Below are positions 37,091 through 50,655 of a DNA stretch of 64,000 nucleotides, in pieces; the first letter of the stretch is position 1; each line of letters opens with the position of its first letter. Under the pieces are notes generated by a model. That model ran no database searches. It saw nothing but the letters and a program-made list of their open reading frames with translations, and was not told the origin of the DNA. The stretch is from Leucoraja ocellata (lineage: Eukaryota): NCBI GenBank assembly GCA_036785375.1, contig JAWMAR010000030.1:7254001-7318000 (forward strand), read 5' to 3'. Position numbers and translations under genes: made by a program.

Positions 37091-38794
37091 TCTAAATCTC
37101 AAGTTTAAATGAGACATCTGCCACCAAACATATTAATTCTTTAGAGAGTTGAATTATGACTAATTTTATAATTTTATGAACCAAATGACCAATTTATACT
37201 TGGGAGATAATGCATCACCTCCTTAATTGTAGATCTGCTTGATTCTCAACCCATTGACAATTAAAATAATGTATAATTTGTGTCCATTTGTGTATGTCCA
37301 CTTACACCACTAGATTATTACCTAGGTGGGACAGGTGCAAGTTACACTCCATGTGTCATCAGTAATCAAGAAATCAGGTCGAAATTGTCAGTCAGAACTA
37401 TATTTAAGCTCAACAGAATGTTCTTTCATATCATGAAATGCCATCTAGCTAGTCCCAAAGGCAACCTCGTGCATTGAGTATGCGATGACTCGCACAGCCC
37501 TGTGTGTGGTGTCAGATGTGGAGATGGTGTTGAAAGCTCTATGGTTGGACTAAAAATTGTTTCAGTCCACAAAAATAATGAAATGACCTTATGACATGTT
37601 GATTATTTCTCAGCACTTCCTTCTAGAAGCCAAATTATAATTTTAAAGTGTGTTTAGGGTTTTTTTGTCAGGTAATCATTCACGATTGAGGAGGACTTGC
37701 TTCCACCTCTACCTGTGGTTCTGAGGTGACAGGTCAATGTGAGAACAGCATAATCATTCATAGTTGGGCAAGAGGTTCTTGATGGTGTGGGTATTGGGTA
37801 GTTTGTGGGGTGGAGCGCTCCTTTCACCTATCACGTTGAGTTTCTTTGTGCTCCCAACCCATGGACCTGAGGTTCTGATTATTATTTTGATTCCTCCTTT
37901 TCCATTTCAAGTGCTCATGGGCCAAATATCCCTGAAGTCAATGGAATGTTGCAGTTTTTTGAGGAGACCACATCCTTGAATCTTTTCTTCTCTCAACATG
38001 GAAATCAGGTTCATGTCTATTTAGCCAATAGCCATAAATGATGAATCTGCATCCATTATAAGTATGGTATTCTTTAAGAACATAAAAAGTAGGATTCAGA
38101 GCAAATCCTGTAGCTTCTTGAAACTGTTCCATCATTCATTGTGGCTGATCCCCTCCCTTATCCACTCTCATACTTCATCTCTGTGGTCCAAACATCTATC
38201 AGAATTTTACTCAATCAATGAAAATCCAAAGCCCACTAGTTCAATGTAGTTATTCTTCCATAAGTAGTTTACCATGAGTCTAAGGTAGATACAATTGCTG
38301 GAGAAATTTAGCGTGTGCGGCAGCATCTATGGAGCGAAGAAATAGCCTAGCACAAGTCTATGTCCCCTTGCTCCAGAACATTCTCTGCTTCATGAGAAAT
38401 GAATTAATATCACCTGCACCATTTAATCTCTTGCTTGGTTATATTAGTAAAGATTCCATTTCCCAAAATAAACAAATAAAAACTGATTGCTGTGGAATCA
38501 GCTGTGGAATTGCTTCCTTTTTATGGAATCCTCAATCCACAATTCCCCAAATGCTTTGAATGTTTTATAGTTTGTTTAGTAGATCAAGCTACCACTGGCA
38601 AGTCAGGCATCTATTGCCAATTCCTGACTACTTTTCAGAATGTAATGGCAAGCCACTTTCTTGAAACACTGCTGGTGAATGTACTCTCACAATACTACAT
38701 TAGGTTGGGAGGTAGGATGATGAATGAACCACGATATGTTTCTAAATCTGGTTGGTGTGCAACTTGAAGAGCCACATGCTCTATTTTTTCTTAT

Positions 38795-39270
38795 TAGAGT
38801 CATACAGCATGGAAACAGGACCTTCGGCTCAACTCTCCCACACTGACCAAAATGCCCAATCTACACTAGTTCCACCTGCCTGCCGGCCCATATCCTTCAC
38901 AACCTTTCCTATCCATGTACCTGTTCAAATATATTTTAAGTGTCCTTATAGTACTTGCCTCAATCAACCAATCTGGCAGCTTGTTCCTCATACCCAGCAC
39001 TCTTTGTGTGTAAAGCCCCTCAGATACCTATTAAATCTTTCCACTCTCAGCTTAAATTTATGCCCTCTGGTTCTTGATTGCCCTATTCTGCGTAAAGGAC
39101 TCTGTGCATTTACTCGATCAATTCCCCTCATGATCTTATGTGGCGCTATTAGATCACCTTTCATCCTCTTGCTCCCCAAGGAATAACATCCTAGCCAGCT
39201 CAACCACTACTCAGGCCGTCAAGTCCTGGCAATATCCTTGTAAATCTTCTCTGCACCCATTCCAGTTTAT
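38795..39270 (-). mobile_element. CR1-type LINE 3' region
   Basis: ORF 38988-39203: MKGDLI..KIMRGIDRV...SRTRGHKFK. Confidence 0.75.
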
Positions 39271-39971
39271 CTCTGCACCCTATCCAGCTTATTGATAGCA
39301 AGGATGCAGGTTTGGGTGGTATTATATCAGCGTCATCCAGGAAATTAACTGCACTCAACCACTTTGCATTGCCACAGGAGGGAATTAATATTTAGGCTAG
39401 TATATTGTGTACCATCAAGCAGGCAGCTTGGTCCTGCTCTGGTAGAGCTTCTTGAATATTATTAGAGCTGAACCAATCCAGGAAAGAAGAAAGTATTTGT
39501 TTCTGATCTAGACAGAGAAAATGTTTGTCCTTGTAGCTATGTGAGGAGATCTTGAGAGTGACCAAATCATCACTTTCTTGCACAATTTCAGGTAACTAGT
39601 CTGAAGGCATTACAGAGAAGACTTCTTGTAGAACCCAATTCTATTTGCTAATGCTACAGCGAAGCTTTTATATTGGAGGAGGCAGTGCAGTATTGAAGAA
39701 TTATAAGCTGTGTCAAGAGTCTAGTAAAGAGTGTTTTATTGTCATATGTCCCGGACGGGACAATGAAATTCTTCCTTGCTGCAGTACAGGGAGACAAGAG
39801 AACAAGAGAGAAAAATAGTTTCTCTAAAGACTGCCTCATCCAATAAATGTTGGAACCTCATGCATTATTCTATCACACTATAACCACACCATCTGTTGGG
39901 AGAGTGGAAGAGATTCTTCCCAAAGTCAACCAAGCCACCTGCAAGCCATGTGACTGAAGATGCCATGTGAC

Positions 39972-40116
39972 CAGTGGCGGACTGGCCAGGGTATCAGCTT
40001 GCCCGATGGCAAGTGGGCCCCTGATGAAGTGGGCCCCCTATATCAAGTGGGCCCCTGATGAAGTGGGCCCCCTTTGTCTCCTGGCAACCAATATTTTTAG
40101 ACCCAGTCCGCCACTG
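39972..40116. mobile_element. hAT-type MITE (145 bp)
   Basis: Perfect 14-bp TIR CAGTGGCGGACTGG/CCAGTCCGCCACTG; 8-bp TSD CATGTGAC (39964-39971, 40117-40124); four internal AAGTGGGCCCC repeats. Confidence 0.9.
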
Positions 40117-40134
40117 CATGTGACTGACTTTACA

Positions 40135-40258
40135 GACCCAATGAACTTTCAAACCTACATGTTTTTGGAACCTGGGAGGAAACTGGATCACCTAGAGAAA
40201 ACCCACACGGTCACAGGGAGAATGTACAAATTCAGTACAGACAGCACCCATAGTGAGG
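40135..40258 (-). mobile_element. V-SINE fragment
   Basis: Reverse complement of the V-domain (ctatgggtgctgtctgtactgaatttgtacattctccctgtgaccgtg). Confidence 0.7.
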
Positions 40259-41914
40259 GGTTCTGCCTCTGCCACTGTGCCCAGGGCGCATTTTGTGGTG
40301 GGTGAACAGCACTGGATACACAATGAAAACGATTTCTCTGTCCACCCTGAGGTTTGCCAAGATCATTGTAGCACCCTTCTCAGAGAGTTGTTTTGTCATT
40401 TACAATACAACCCAATTAACCTACCTCCTCAGAATGACCTGTCCCAAGGTGACAATCAACTAAGTTGCAGTTTGCTAATGCTTTCAGTTCATCACACAGC
40501 CAATTAACAAGCACCAGGCACCAACTTCCTTTTGTACTTTAAATAGAATAAGTGACTTTGAAATGCAAAAGGTGATTCCCAACATGAGATTTAGTAAAAG
40601 GCAAGATAAATAGCTGGGATAAATGGCCACCGACCCCTTATAAATCTGACAAAATTCAAATGGTCCTAGCTGGGGTACGAGTGAACCTTGCAGTAGTATG
40701 AATTATAAGTGTGTTTTTTGAGACAAAGCAATAGGCAAATGCATGGAAATCATGTAATCTTAGTCAAGAACAAGCTAGAGCTCAGAGAAATTCCACACTC
40801 GGCAGAGTCAGAAGCAGAAACCCAGAATACTAAGGAGAATTGTTGCCTGATTGGTGTCTGACCACAGATTAGAGGTTTGATCTGAGGCTGTTCCAGTTTG
40901 TACACTCAGTTACGTGTTGAACAGTACATTTATTTATTCATGAACAATGAAGGCCATTAAATCATACTTGAAAGACAGCGAGAATACAGCAGTTTCATTC
41001 TATTTTCTGGTTTACTGTTACTTGAAGCAGAAATGTTTTCATAGAATGAAAAAAATTGAATTTATCCAACACCCTTTACAATGTCTGAATATCCAAATGA
41101 TTTTACTGCGAATGAAATACTTTGGTAATGTAGTTATTAGTGTGTGAATAAATGCAGCAGCCAATTTATACAGTATGATTCCACAAAGAGCAATGAGGCA
41201 AGTGATCAGATCATCTGTTGTTGTGATGTTGATAGATGGGTAATTACGGACCAAATCACAGGGGAAAGCAGGGCTGACATTTCATCATTGGGGCATTGCT
41301 AGATTCATTTTATGATATGCTGAAGATAAAGCAGGAAATTGTTCCCTTTTTTAATAGAATATACTTGGAAATAGATGGCTGCAATCAAATGAAGTGAACT
41401 TGAAACAGTCTTATCGCATAACATGACTGTCTGCTTTATTTGGTTTCCTGTGATGCCGAAGTGACTCCTTGCATGAGAATGAGATTTGGTAATACACAAG
41501 ATAAATAGATGGGATAAATGGCCACTGACCCCTCATAAGCATTATATGATCAGATGTGTCTCCAGTCTGGCAACTCAATCATTAGAAAACAGCCAAAGAA
41601 AGAGATTAGGGCTCATTAGATTGCTATTAACGGATGTCAGCGGCTTCAGAACACCACTGAGCCAGGCTTTGGATGAAATGGTAGGCTATTCGATGAAGTC
41701 TAGGATGATGGTCAGGATGAGAGGCCAAGTGAAATGAATCCACAACCTTCTCTTGACTGAAAGTGGCGCTCAGTCTTCCTTGTCAAGGGGTTGTGAAGAA
41801 TTAATGAGCGTGACTTTCATAGGTGGGCTGTGGTTGATGTTGATAACAAGCAGATTGAACCCAAGAACAAAAGGATTAGTCACCCATGGTTGCTCTTGGT
41901 TTCTGGTTCCTAAG

Positions 41915-42125
41915 GAGAGCTCCGTCTTGTTTGGCCGTCCCGGGTCACGTCTTCCATGGGTGGGTTCCCACAGCACAACCTCGTTTGCCGGCATTCCTGG
42001 GTGGCGGCGGCAGTGACCAGCGAGCCTCATCCTTCTCCCCCTGATCTTCTCGGTCAGAGATGGAATCTCCCCATCGAGCTGGGCGTTGGTGATGTGATCC
42101 CTCCAACTGACATTTTGATAGCACG
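41915..42125 (-). mobile_element. RTE-clade LINE fragment
   Basis: NVSWRDHITN...IRGRRMRLAGHCRRH...WEPTHGRRDPGRP is a typical RTE ORF C-terminus. Confidence 0.8.
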
Positions 42126-43109
42126 CCGGAAACCAGCGCCGCTGCGTCGCTAATGCTGTCAACGATTTAATAGAAAATAAAGAAATCAAATAAAAGCATT
42201 TAAAATTGGCAACATATTTGTAACAAGATAATGAATGAGGTGAAAGGATTTGGTGTATTAATAAAGCGAAAGGCTCTCTTGCCTTCCAAAGACCGAGATT
42301 GCATGGAGAAAATTAATTTATCCTTTATTTATTTGAGCTGTTGCATTGTTTTATATTAGCTCAGCTCCTGAATATACAGTATTGCCAAATGCTCCCTCCC
42401 CACTCTGATGTCCTATTTTTGGATGTGGAACGCATACTGCAATAGTTTTTATTTTTATCCATTACCACATGCCATGGCATTCCGGAGCTCATTTCCATCC
42501 ACAAGCATTTTACACGGATTGGGACAGATTGCTGTCAGGGAGAAGGCCAGGAGAATGGGAATGACTGGCAACATGCCGATGGTCACGTGACCACAATGCC
42601 AGACAAAGCTATTATGGGTAAAATGGCGAGAGCAGGTGCAATCTTGATTTCAAGTGCTGTATATGTGCAATCGACACCAATGTCAACAGCAGTAAGATTT
42701 TGGCCAAGTCACTTAATAGACCATAATCTAAAATACTGTAAGGTTGATTTAATTAAGAAACAGAGGGAGGGAGTAGGCCGATAGCCTGCTTACTATTCCA
42801 TAAAATCACTATGGCTCTAACTGAGAATTCTTTTAAATGCAGATGATGAAAATCTGAAACAAAATCACTGATGAGTGGTTCACATATTCTCTGTTTTTAT
42901 TTTTGGATAACCTAATATTGGTCAACACACCGTTTTCCTGCTCTCTTTGCAAAACCCTTGCTTCCTTGCACCACACATAGCTAGAGGCAAGGGACTGCAG
43001 ATGCTGGTTTACAACAAATAAAGTGCTGGAGTAACTCAACAGGTCAAGCAGCATCTCTGGAAGGCATGGATATGTGACTCATCTGAAGAAAGGTCCTATT
43101 CTGAAGCCG

Positions 43110-44490
43110 ATTCCCCAGCTCTAGATACCACCACTATGGAAAACATCCACTCAGCATTCACCCTGCTAATTCTCCTCAGAATCTTGTCTGTCTCAATAAG
43201 ATCAACTCTCACTCTTCGAAACTCCAATGAGCAATCTGCCCAATCTGCAAAACCTTTCTTCATATATCAACCCTTTCACTGCAGGAATCAATAGTGAACC
43301 ATCTCTGCACTGCCTACATGTAAATATATCCTTCCTTGACCATGAATACTGAAACCACATTAATACTCTGGTGCCCTGTAAAGATGCAACAAGAATTCCT
43401 GACCTTTGTAGTCCATACTCTGAAATAAAGGCCAATGTTCCCATTAATCTTCCTAACTACTTGCTGTCCGGCATACCACTCATTTGTGTCTCATGCACCA
43501 AGGCAACACCTTAGCACACCATGGGAACTTGTAATCTCACTCCATTTAAATAATAATTCGCTATTTCATTCTTCCTTCTGAAATAGTCTCATATTTTCCT
43601 ATGTTATTTTCCATCTGCCAGTTTGTTACCTGCTCACTGTGCAATTTCCGAGGTGATTTGTGTCCTTATCATATCTTACGTATCTTTCTAACATCGACAA
43701 ACTTTATTACAATAAGATCACCCGAGTCATCAATGTTGATTGTACAGGTTGTCCCATGGTTATGGGCACCAAACCTAAGGATGTTCATGCATAATATTAT
43801 TAAATTCAACAGTTCAATGCACAGAAAAGTCGTTTCCACAAACAACCCCTCTCTGCCTCTGTTTTTCATAGTTGTTTTTTTAATACATCATTCTTATGTG
43901 CTTTTGATGCCTTTCTCTACTGTAGATTATTATATTGAGTGAATTTTGTGTATTTTCCAACATGGACAAAATCGACTAATAGATATCTGTAAAATTGCAA
44001 ACCATTCATTCCCCTGGACAGCCTGTAAATATTTGAAGCCCCAGGCCTGAAGACTGCCACATCCCCCTCGTGACTGGCCAATCTGAAAATGACCCACCTC
44101 CTAAATATATGTTTTCTATTTATTAGCCACTCACCGACGCATGCCCATATATTAACCCCCATCCCATGCCTATTTGCCTTTTTCAATGAACCTTTACATG
44201 GCACCTTATCGAATGCTTGGAAATCCAAATCTACTGGTTCACCTCAATCCATTCTATTTGTTACATCCTCATTGAGTCCTAGTAGATTTGTCACATATAA
44301 TTTCCCTTGCCTCAAACTAAATTGACTCTGATTGTATGTCTGACATTTTGTCTGACATTTTTTTAATTGTCCTGCTGTTACATCTTTAATAATGAATATC
44401 ATGAATAATGAAAATCATTTTCTCAATGACAAATATAATGTTAACTGGTCTATAGTTTCCAACTTTCTGTCTCCTTTTTTGAATAGTGCC
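43110..44490 (-). mobile_element. Degenerate CR1-type LINE RT fragments
   Basis: Remnants of GNYRPV, DFQ.AFDKVP, WLINRK and YEER..RLG motifs, interrupted; boundaries approximate. Confidence 0.6.
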
Positions 44491-44552
44491 ATTTTCCTTG
44501 TGATCCTCCAATCCACTGTGAATTCGCCAGCATCTATGGAGTTCAGATATTA

Positions 44553-44745
44553 AAGATAGACACAAAATGCTGGAGTAACTTAGCGGGTCAGGCAACATCA
44601 ACGGACTGAGGATGTAGAAGGGTCTCGACACGAAACGTAACCTATTTCTTTTCTTCAGAGACGCTGCCTGACCCACTGAGTTATTCCAGCATTTTGTGTC
44701 TATCTTCAATGTAAACCAGCACCTGCAGTTCCTTCCTAAACACCA
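44553..44745. repeat. Fold-back Penelope pLTR-type repeat
   Basis: 42-bp inverted arms at 44553-44594 and 44665-44706. Confidence 0.75.
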
Positions 44746-44870
44746 TGTATCCTAGGATCCATGCCATCAGATCCAGAGGACTACTTCAATTTTGGCCCCA
44801 TTAGTTTGCACCTTTACTCTAGTGATTTTTTTTCTTCCCTGCCTTGTGCCCCTTGATTCTTAATTTTTAT

Positions 44871-44965
44871 GGGCCTGTCCCACTTGGGCGTCATTTACGC
44901 AATATCATTTATGCGTCACGATGCATGACGTGCACGTGATGCGCGCATGGTGCGTGGTGACGTAT
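44871..44965. mobile_element. PIF/Harbinger-like MITE end fragment
   Basis: Begins GGGCCTGTCCCACTT, matching the TIR-like end at 11941-11955; CpG-rich body. Confidence 0.5.
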
Positions 44966-47514
44966 CCGATAGCATTGTGATGTTACCTTCACCAGCACAG
45001 TTCAGGACTCACTTGCACGTGCTTGGAGGAAACCGTATGGTAACCAGGAATATGTACCAGAGCCCACACCAGAGCAACATGGTGCAAGACAGGTGACCAC
45101 TGATTTTGGGGGCAATGAAACATTTGTGCAAATAAATCATAGCTCTGTCTGTTCTCTGAGGTAAAAGGTCCATTTCAAAGTATACTAATTCTCCCTGGTA
45201 TCCTAGTTGGTATTTATCTCACTTAAAACACTTTGAGTCAATATTTGGTCATTACCTCTGTTACTAGGGTTTGTTCTTCATCTCCAGCCCTTCCCTCTCT
45301 GTCCCCTTCCCTCCCCTCCCCTCTCCCTCCCCTCCCCTCCACATCTGGTTAGCAGCATGGTGCACCAACAAATGTTCTGCAGTTCCCAAGGCAACTCCAA
45401 CAGAATCTCCAAACTGCAGTCTCTGCCACTAAGAAGGACAAGGGTAGTCGGTCCATGGAAACTAAATAAACCTACTTGGAATCACTCCACCTGAATGATA
45501 TCTATCATATGTTCCTTCAGCATTGTGATAGTACCTTAACCAGCGCAGTTTAAGAAAGTGCTCACCACCACTATCTCAAAGATAAATGAGGATTAACAGT
45601 GCATACTAGCCCTGGTAATATGGCATAATTCCATAATAAAACTAAAATATTGACTTTTGAGAAGGTTTTTTTTTTAAGTGCTCCTGATGTCTAGATTGAA
45701 ACTTTGAGCTGATGCACCAGAGTGTATTAACATTCTTAATTAGTGTATCTGCCTTTTAATTAATTTTAAATATAATTTATGCATTAACTTCATAGGGTGA
45801 GATGTTGTCAGCTGACACCAGGTAGATGTGGTTTTGGAAGGATGTTTGTGGATTGTAAGTTTAAGGTGTTTTTTTCAATTCACAAGATCTGGGGGTTGCT
45901 GGCAAGAGGGACACTAATTACTCATCTGTAATTTTCTTTCAAAACATGATGTTGTATTTCACCAGGATCCCAAGTTGTGACAGTGCCTATGGGGTGCCAT
46001 TAACTATGATTTCCAAGATTTTAACCCAAAGGCAAATGTGAAATATATTAAGTTTGAACTGATGAATCCCTTGCGTTAATGCTGTATGTGCCTGCTGCCA
46101 ATGTCATTTGAGGTGATAGGGACCAAAGTTAGAGGCACTTCAAATTCCATGTCACCAGCTGAGAATGAAGCAGGAACCCAGTCAGGTTGTAGATAAGGGT
46201 GACGGTTGGATAATTCCAAGATCTGCAATTGTATTTATTTTCCATTAGAAAAGTTGACAAAATTAATAACTTTTATCAGATGGGTTGAAAATAAAGTCTT
46301 CTGTTTGCACTTTTGCTGAAACAATATATACTTTGATTTTGCAGTCAAATATTTTTTTAAAGTTGCCCTGAATGTTCTATGCCAAGGCACAACAATTAGA
46401 TGTACTATGTAAAGTTCAAATTAAACTTGTCATCAAGATTACTGTGTCATCTTCCCACTGTAAATCATTTTGTTGAAGGTGCTAATTTCAAGTTTTTATC
46501 AGTATTTCAGCCAGTTGGTTCTTGTTTACGCATGTGTTTCATAACTAAGTGCAGGGAAGTCACAATGCAATCCAATCCAGGTATCCCCAAAGTCCGAACA
46601 GGAACAGTTCCAGGTTTAGACAACTAAATTCCTATAAATAATAAAGCACAAAAAAAACTCACATCCTTGGCTCTCAAAACTAGAGGAAAAGATAGAGGAA
46701 AGAAACTGATACGCAAACCCCAGAGAGAAAGAAATGAAGGTTACAAAGTGACGTCAGCCAGTGAAAATAGGTTGTGCCTCTTAAAAAACACTTATGGTTG
46801 CTGCGCCATGAGTGAGAGAAACTGTTTCTCAATACTTACTGAGGAATGGTATACATGCATTCCAGATAAGTTAGTGCCTTAAATAAACTGTGTGCGGAGA
46901 GATAATGCATGTGAAATGACAGCCAAGTGCAGTGCCTGCAATGTGTGGACCGCCTGCAATAACACCTGTCATTGAGCCGATTGCTATTTTCGGGCATTGA
47001 GTAATTTGGGATTTGCCTTCAACTCTCAACTCGGCAGGTTCACAAAGACAGACTTTTGCACATCGCGGGCAATGCAGGGCAGTTTTTAGCAGCATTGATC
47101 ATTCTGTAGGTTGAGCAAACCATACAGGGACGATTCAACTGTTATTAGAAGCCACATCCTGTGATATGTCTACGATTTCAGTTGAATATTAGTATTTATT
47201 AACGTTGATTCTGAACCATGAGACAGTCTATTGAGAGAAATAAAATTATAGCTGACCTGTGCTTCCATTATTTGGTCATGTCTGACTATTGTGCAAATAT
47301 TATCAGGGAGTCACACTGATTGAAATAATTGTCATTTAGTTATCAGAAAATAAGTGTTTGTAAACAACGACTCATAGAGCAAGTCTACACCACTTGGGCA
47401 GTTAAGCCAGCTCAGTCAGTGATCTGCCAATCTTTGGCAGGTTGCAGTCAGTATGGACATGCTGTTATTTTACATCAATGAAGGGAAGATCAGGGAGTTA
47501 TCATTGTCTAACAC

Positions 47515-47750
47515 AAGACGATACGATAGAACTTTATTCATGCCAGGAGGGAAATTGTTCTGTCAACAGTCATAAAACACAAGAAACATGAAACATTAAA
47601 TTAAAGTGACGAGTGGAAAGGATTGGGGATGTACAAATGTTGTGAGGGGGGATGGGGGAGTCAGTCTGCCCCACGACAGAAGGGGAGGAGTTATACAGTT
47701 TGATAGCCACAGGGAAAAAGGACCTCCTGTGGCGTTCAGTACTACATCTG
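47515..47750 (-). mobile_element. Rex1/Babar-like LINE 3' end
   Basis: RHRRSFFPVAIKLYNSS on the minus strand, followed by an aataaagttctatcgtatcg tail. Confidence 0.65.
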
Positions 47751-50409
47751 CAAACTAAATGGTCATGCCCTACAAGATGACAATCACAGGGATCATTGAC
47801 CTTTCTTGTTATCTGTCACAAAATGCACACGCTGTTATTTCCAATGACACTAATTTCTTCCAAACAATCTTGATAAGATTGATACTTTTTTAATAATTGA
47901 GATTTATATGCATAGTCAGTGTGATTCATCTACATCGTCAGCAATAATTGTGCTTTGCACAAGTGAACTTGTTCCATTGCACATCTTCTCACAAAACGTC
48001 CTCTGAGTATCGGGGTCCAATATGAAGTTTGATCCAATATTAATTCTCCAATCAATTCATCAAGGTCATTGCATTGCTGATTATGGGAGTTTATTATGCA
48101 TATTTTGGCTGCTGCATTTCCTAAGTTACAGAAGTGCATACACTTGTAAATTATGTCAATGATTGTAAATTACTAAGGCTGTGACAGATACTGGAGGAAT
48201 GCAAGCTCTTCCACTATTAAACACTTCAGTGCAAATCTCCTCATTGTCCCTGTGAGTCTTACACCACAAATATTTTCTTTACCATGCCAATTGAACCCAC
48301 GAAAAGTGCTTTGAGCTTCACACTAGTAGTGGAGATTCCAAAATATACTGCACTTAAATCGAGAAGATAGATTGGATTAAATTAGTTTGTATTCTCCTTT
48401 GTACATTAGATGGAACCATAGAACATAAGGAGACTACACAAGGAGGCATTTAGCCTACCTAATTCCACCACTAGGCCCTTCTTCATAAACTTGCACATTT
48501 GGCTCCACCAAATATCCCCTCTTGTAGGTCACGATGAAGCATGCCTCCCATCACATCTGCAGATAATGCATTGCAGATTCTAATCGCATGTTGCATGTGA
48601 TTTTTGTCATTGTCTTTCCCTTTTTCTTATTGCTGTTACCTTTAGTTTTTAATCTCTCTATCAAAGCCCCCCCCTCCCCTTATCCACTCTGTTCATATCC
48701 CTCATCATTTTTTATATGTCAATCAGCTTCCTCCAAAAAAAACAACCTTTTATTGTCTATCCATGTAACCATAGTCCCTCATCTCAGGAACCAAACTTGT
48801 TAATCTTTTGTGGACCTCTTTGATATCTATCTGTGAAAATCTTGTCCCAGCTTGGGGGATTACTTTGTTTTAAGATCACAAGATTGAAGTTTATGAAGCA
48901 CAATTTTGAACAAATGTCAGTGTAATTTGTTGATATTACTTGGAATTTCATGCTGGAAATGAACGAAACGGTTAATGTTTATCTGATGAATGGTCATTGA
49001 ACTAAAACATTAAATCTATTTCTCTTATCACAGATATTGTCTGGCATGCTAATTATTGACAGCATTTTTTGTTATATTTTGTATTTCCAGCATCTGCTGT
49101 GCTTGGCTTTTAAAATTTAATGCTGCACAGCTAAAAGATTACAAGGAGGGTCCTGACCCAAACCATCACCTGTCCATTCTCTTCTGATCCGAAATGTTAA
49201 CTGCCCATTCCTTCTACAGATGCTGCCTAACCTCCTGAGTTTGTGTTTTGAACAAATCTTATGTACTAGCTACCAATCATCTTGACATGCTGTTCAATTG
49301 TCAGTCATACAGCACAGAAATGGCCCATTTAGCCCTCTAGATCCATGGTGACTGTTTGCTCATCCACACTAATCCCATTTCCCCTCATTGGGTTCACATC
49401 CTTCTGTGCCTTGCCTAGTCAACTGCCTGTCTCTATGCCTCTTGAACACAGTGCTGGAATTTGATTCTACCATCTTCTCTGGCTTCAGATATCAACCACT
49501 CTGCAAAAAATATTGGTCGGACCTTATTTCAGTCCTATTCTGGACCTGATGCACTGCTTCACAAACAAGAGTCACCTTTTGATATCTGACTCACTGTTGC
49601 TGTTTAAGCAAGAGCAGGCTATTCAGCAAAGGCATTGCGTCTAACCTCTGTGTAATCCCCACCCAATAACTCACGGAGTCAAAATCAGGATTTGGACAAT
49701 GACTAATTTTCACTGCTGCAATGCCAGGAGTTGTACAACTCCTATAATCAGCTATCTAGTGACATTATCCAATAAGTCACCCACATATAATTGTCCTTGT
49801 TGTCTTTAGCTATTTGAATCTGAATCTGCGTTCTACATCATAATAATTTTGTCCAATTCTTTTGGTCATCTCTATACTTTTGGTCATCTCTATACTTTTC
49901 GAGGCACTTTTCTCCACTGTTACTGGATTGCACGGGTGATGTTTACGGAGGACATTGGGACATGAGGGGAAAGTAGGACACCTTGAATAAATAGTTGATT
50001 TCTTTTTCACCTGCGAAGTTTTGGGGCATTTGAATCTTCCTTTAAACAAGTCAACATTCGGTACTTATCTTCAGCATAGATGGGATTTGAAGGCACTTAC
50101 TTGTAAATTGATATTCAAAAGAACAGTAATTTATAAGTGTGCTGGTAGCTTTTGTGCACAAATTGTTAGCTGCTAGGAGTTTCTGAGTAGGATTGACTTC
50201 ACCTCTAATTACTGATGTTGACCTAATATTTCTGCTTTCAGGGTTATTGGTAAATTCAGCACAAATTCAGCAAACGTTTCAGGTGTGATTGTCTCCAGCT
50301 TAGGGTTTTGCTCCAAACTGGTTGCATATTGTCAAGTGCAACGATTGGGCATGGACCAGCACAATTGTACAGTTGTTTGTGTAATTTATAAATATATTTT
50401 GTACATCCC

Positions 50410-50655
50410 TGGTATATTTCGCCTCGACACTGCAGTTGGACTGCTGGACCACGGGAGAAGGAACAAAGGGAAGAGATAACGACTTTGCCTTCCATCACAG
50501 TGAGGAGATGTTGGAGACTCACTGTGATGGATGTTTATGTAAACTGTGTTAAGTGTGGGTCTTGGATTGTTTTGTAATGTAAAAAACTGTAGAAATTATA
50601 TTTCCTTCAAACCTAGGTTTAAATGACAATAAATGCATTCTATTCTATTCTATTT
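50410..50655 (+). repeat. Short interspersed repeat with 13-bp hairpin and (ttcta)n tail
   Basis: CCATCACAGTGAG...CTCACTGTGATGG stem; tgacaataaa...(ttcta)3 tail. Confidence 0.5.

Noticed and set aside
49859-49898. 18-bp tandem duplication (also small ones near 4565, 11735, 17930)
   Set aside because: Ordinary slippage duplications with no supporting context.
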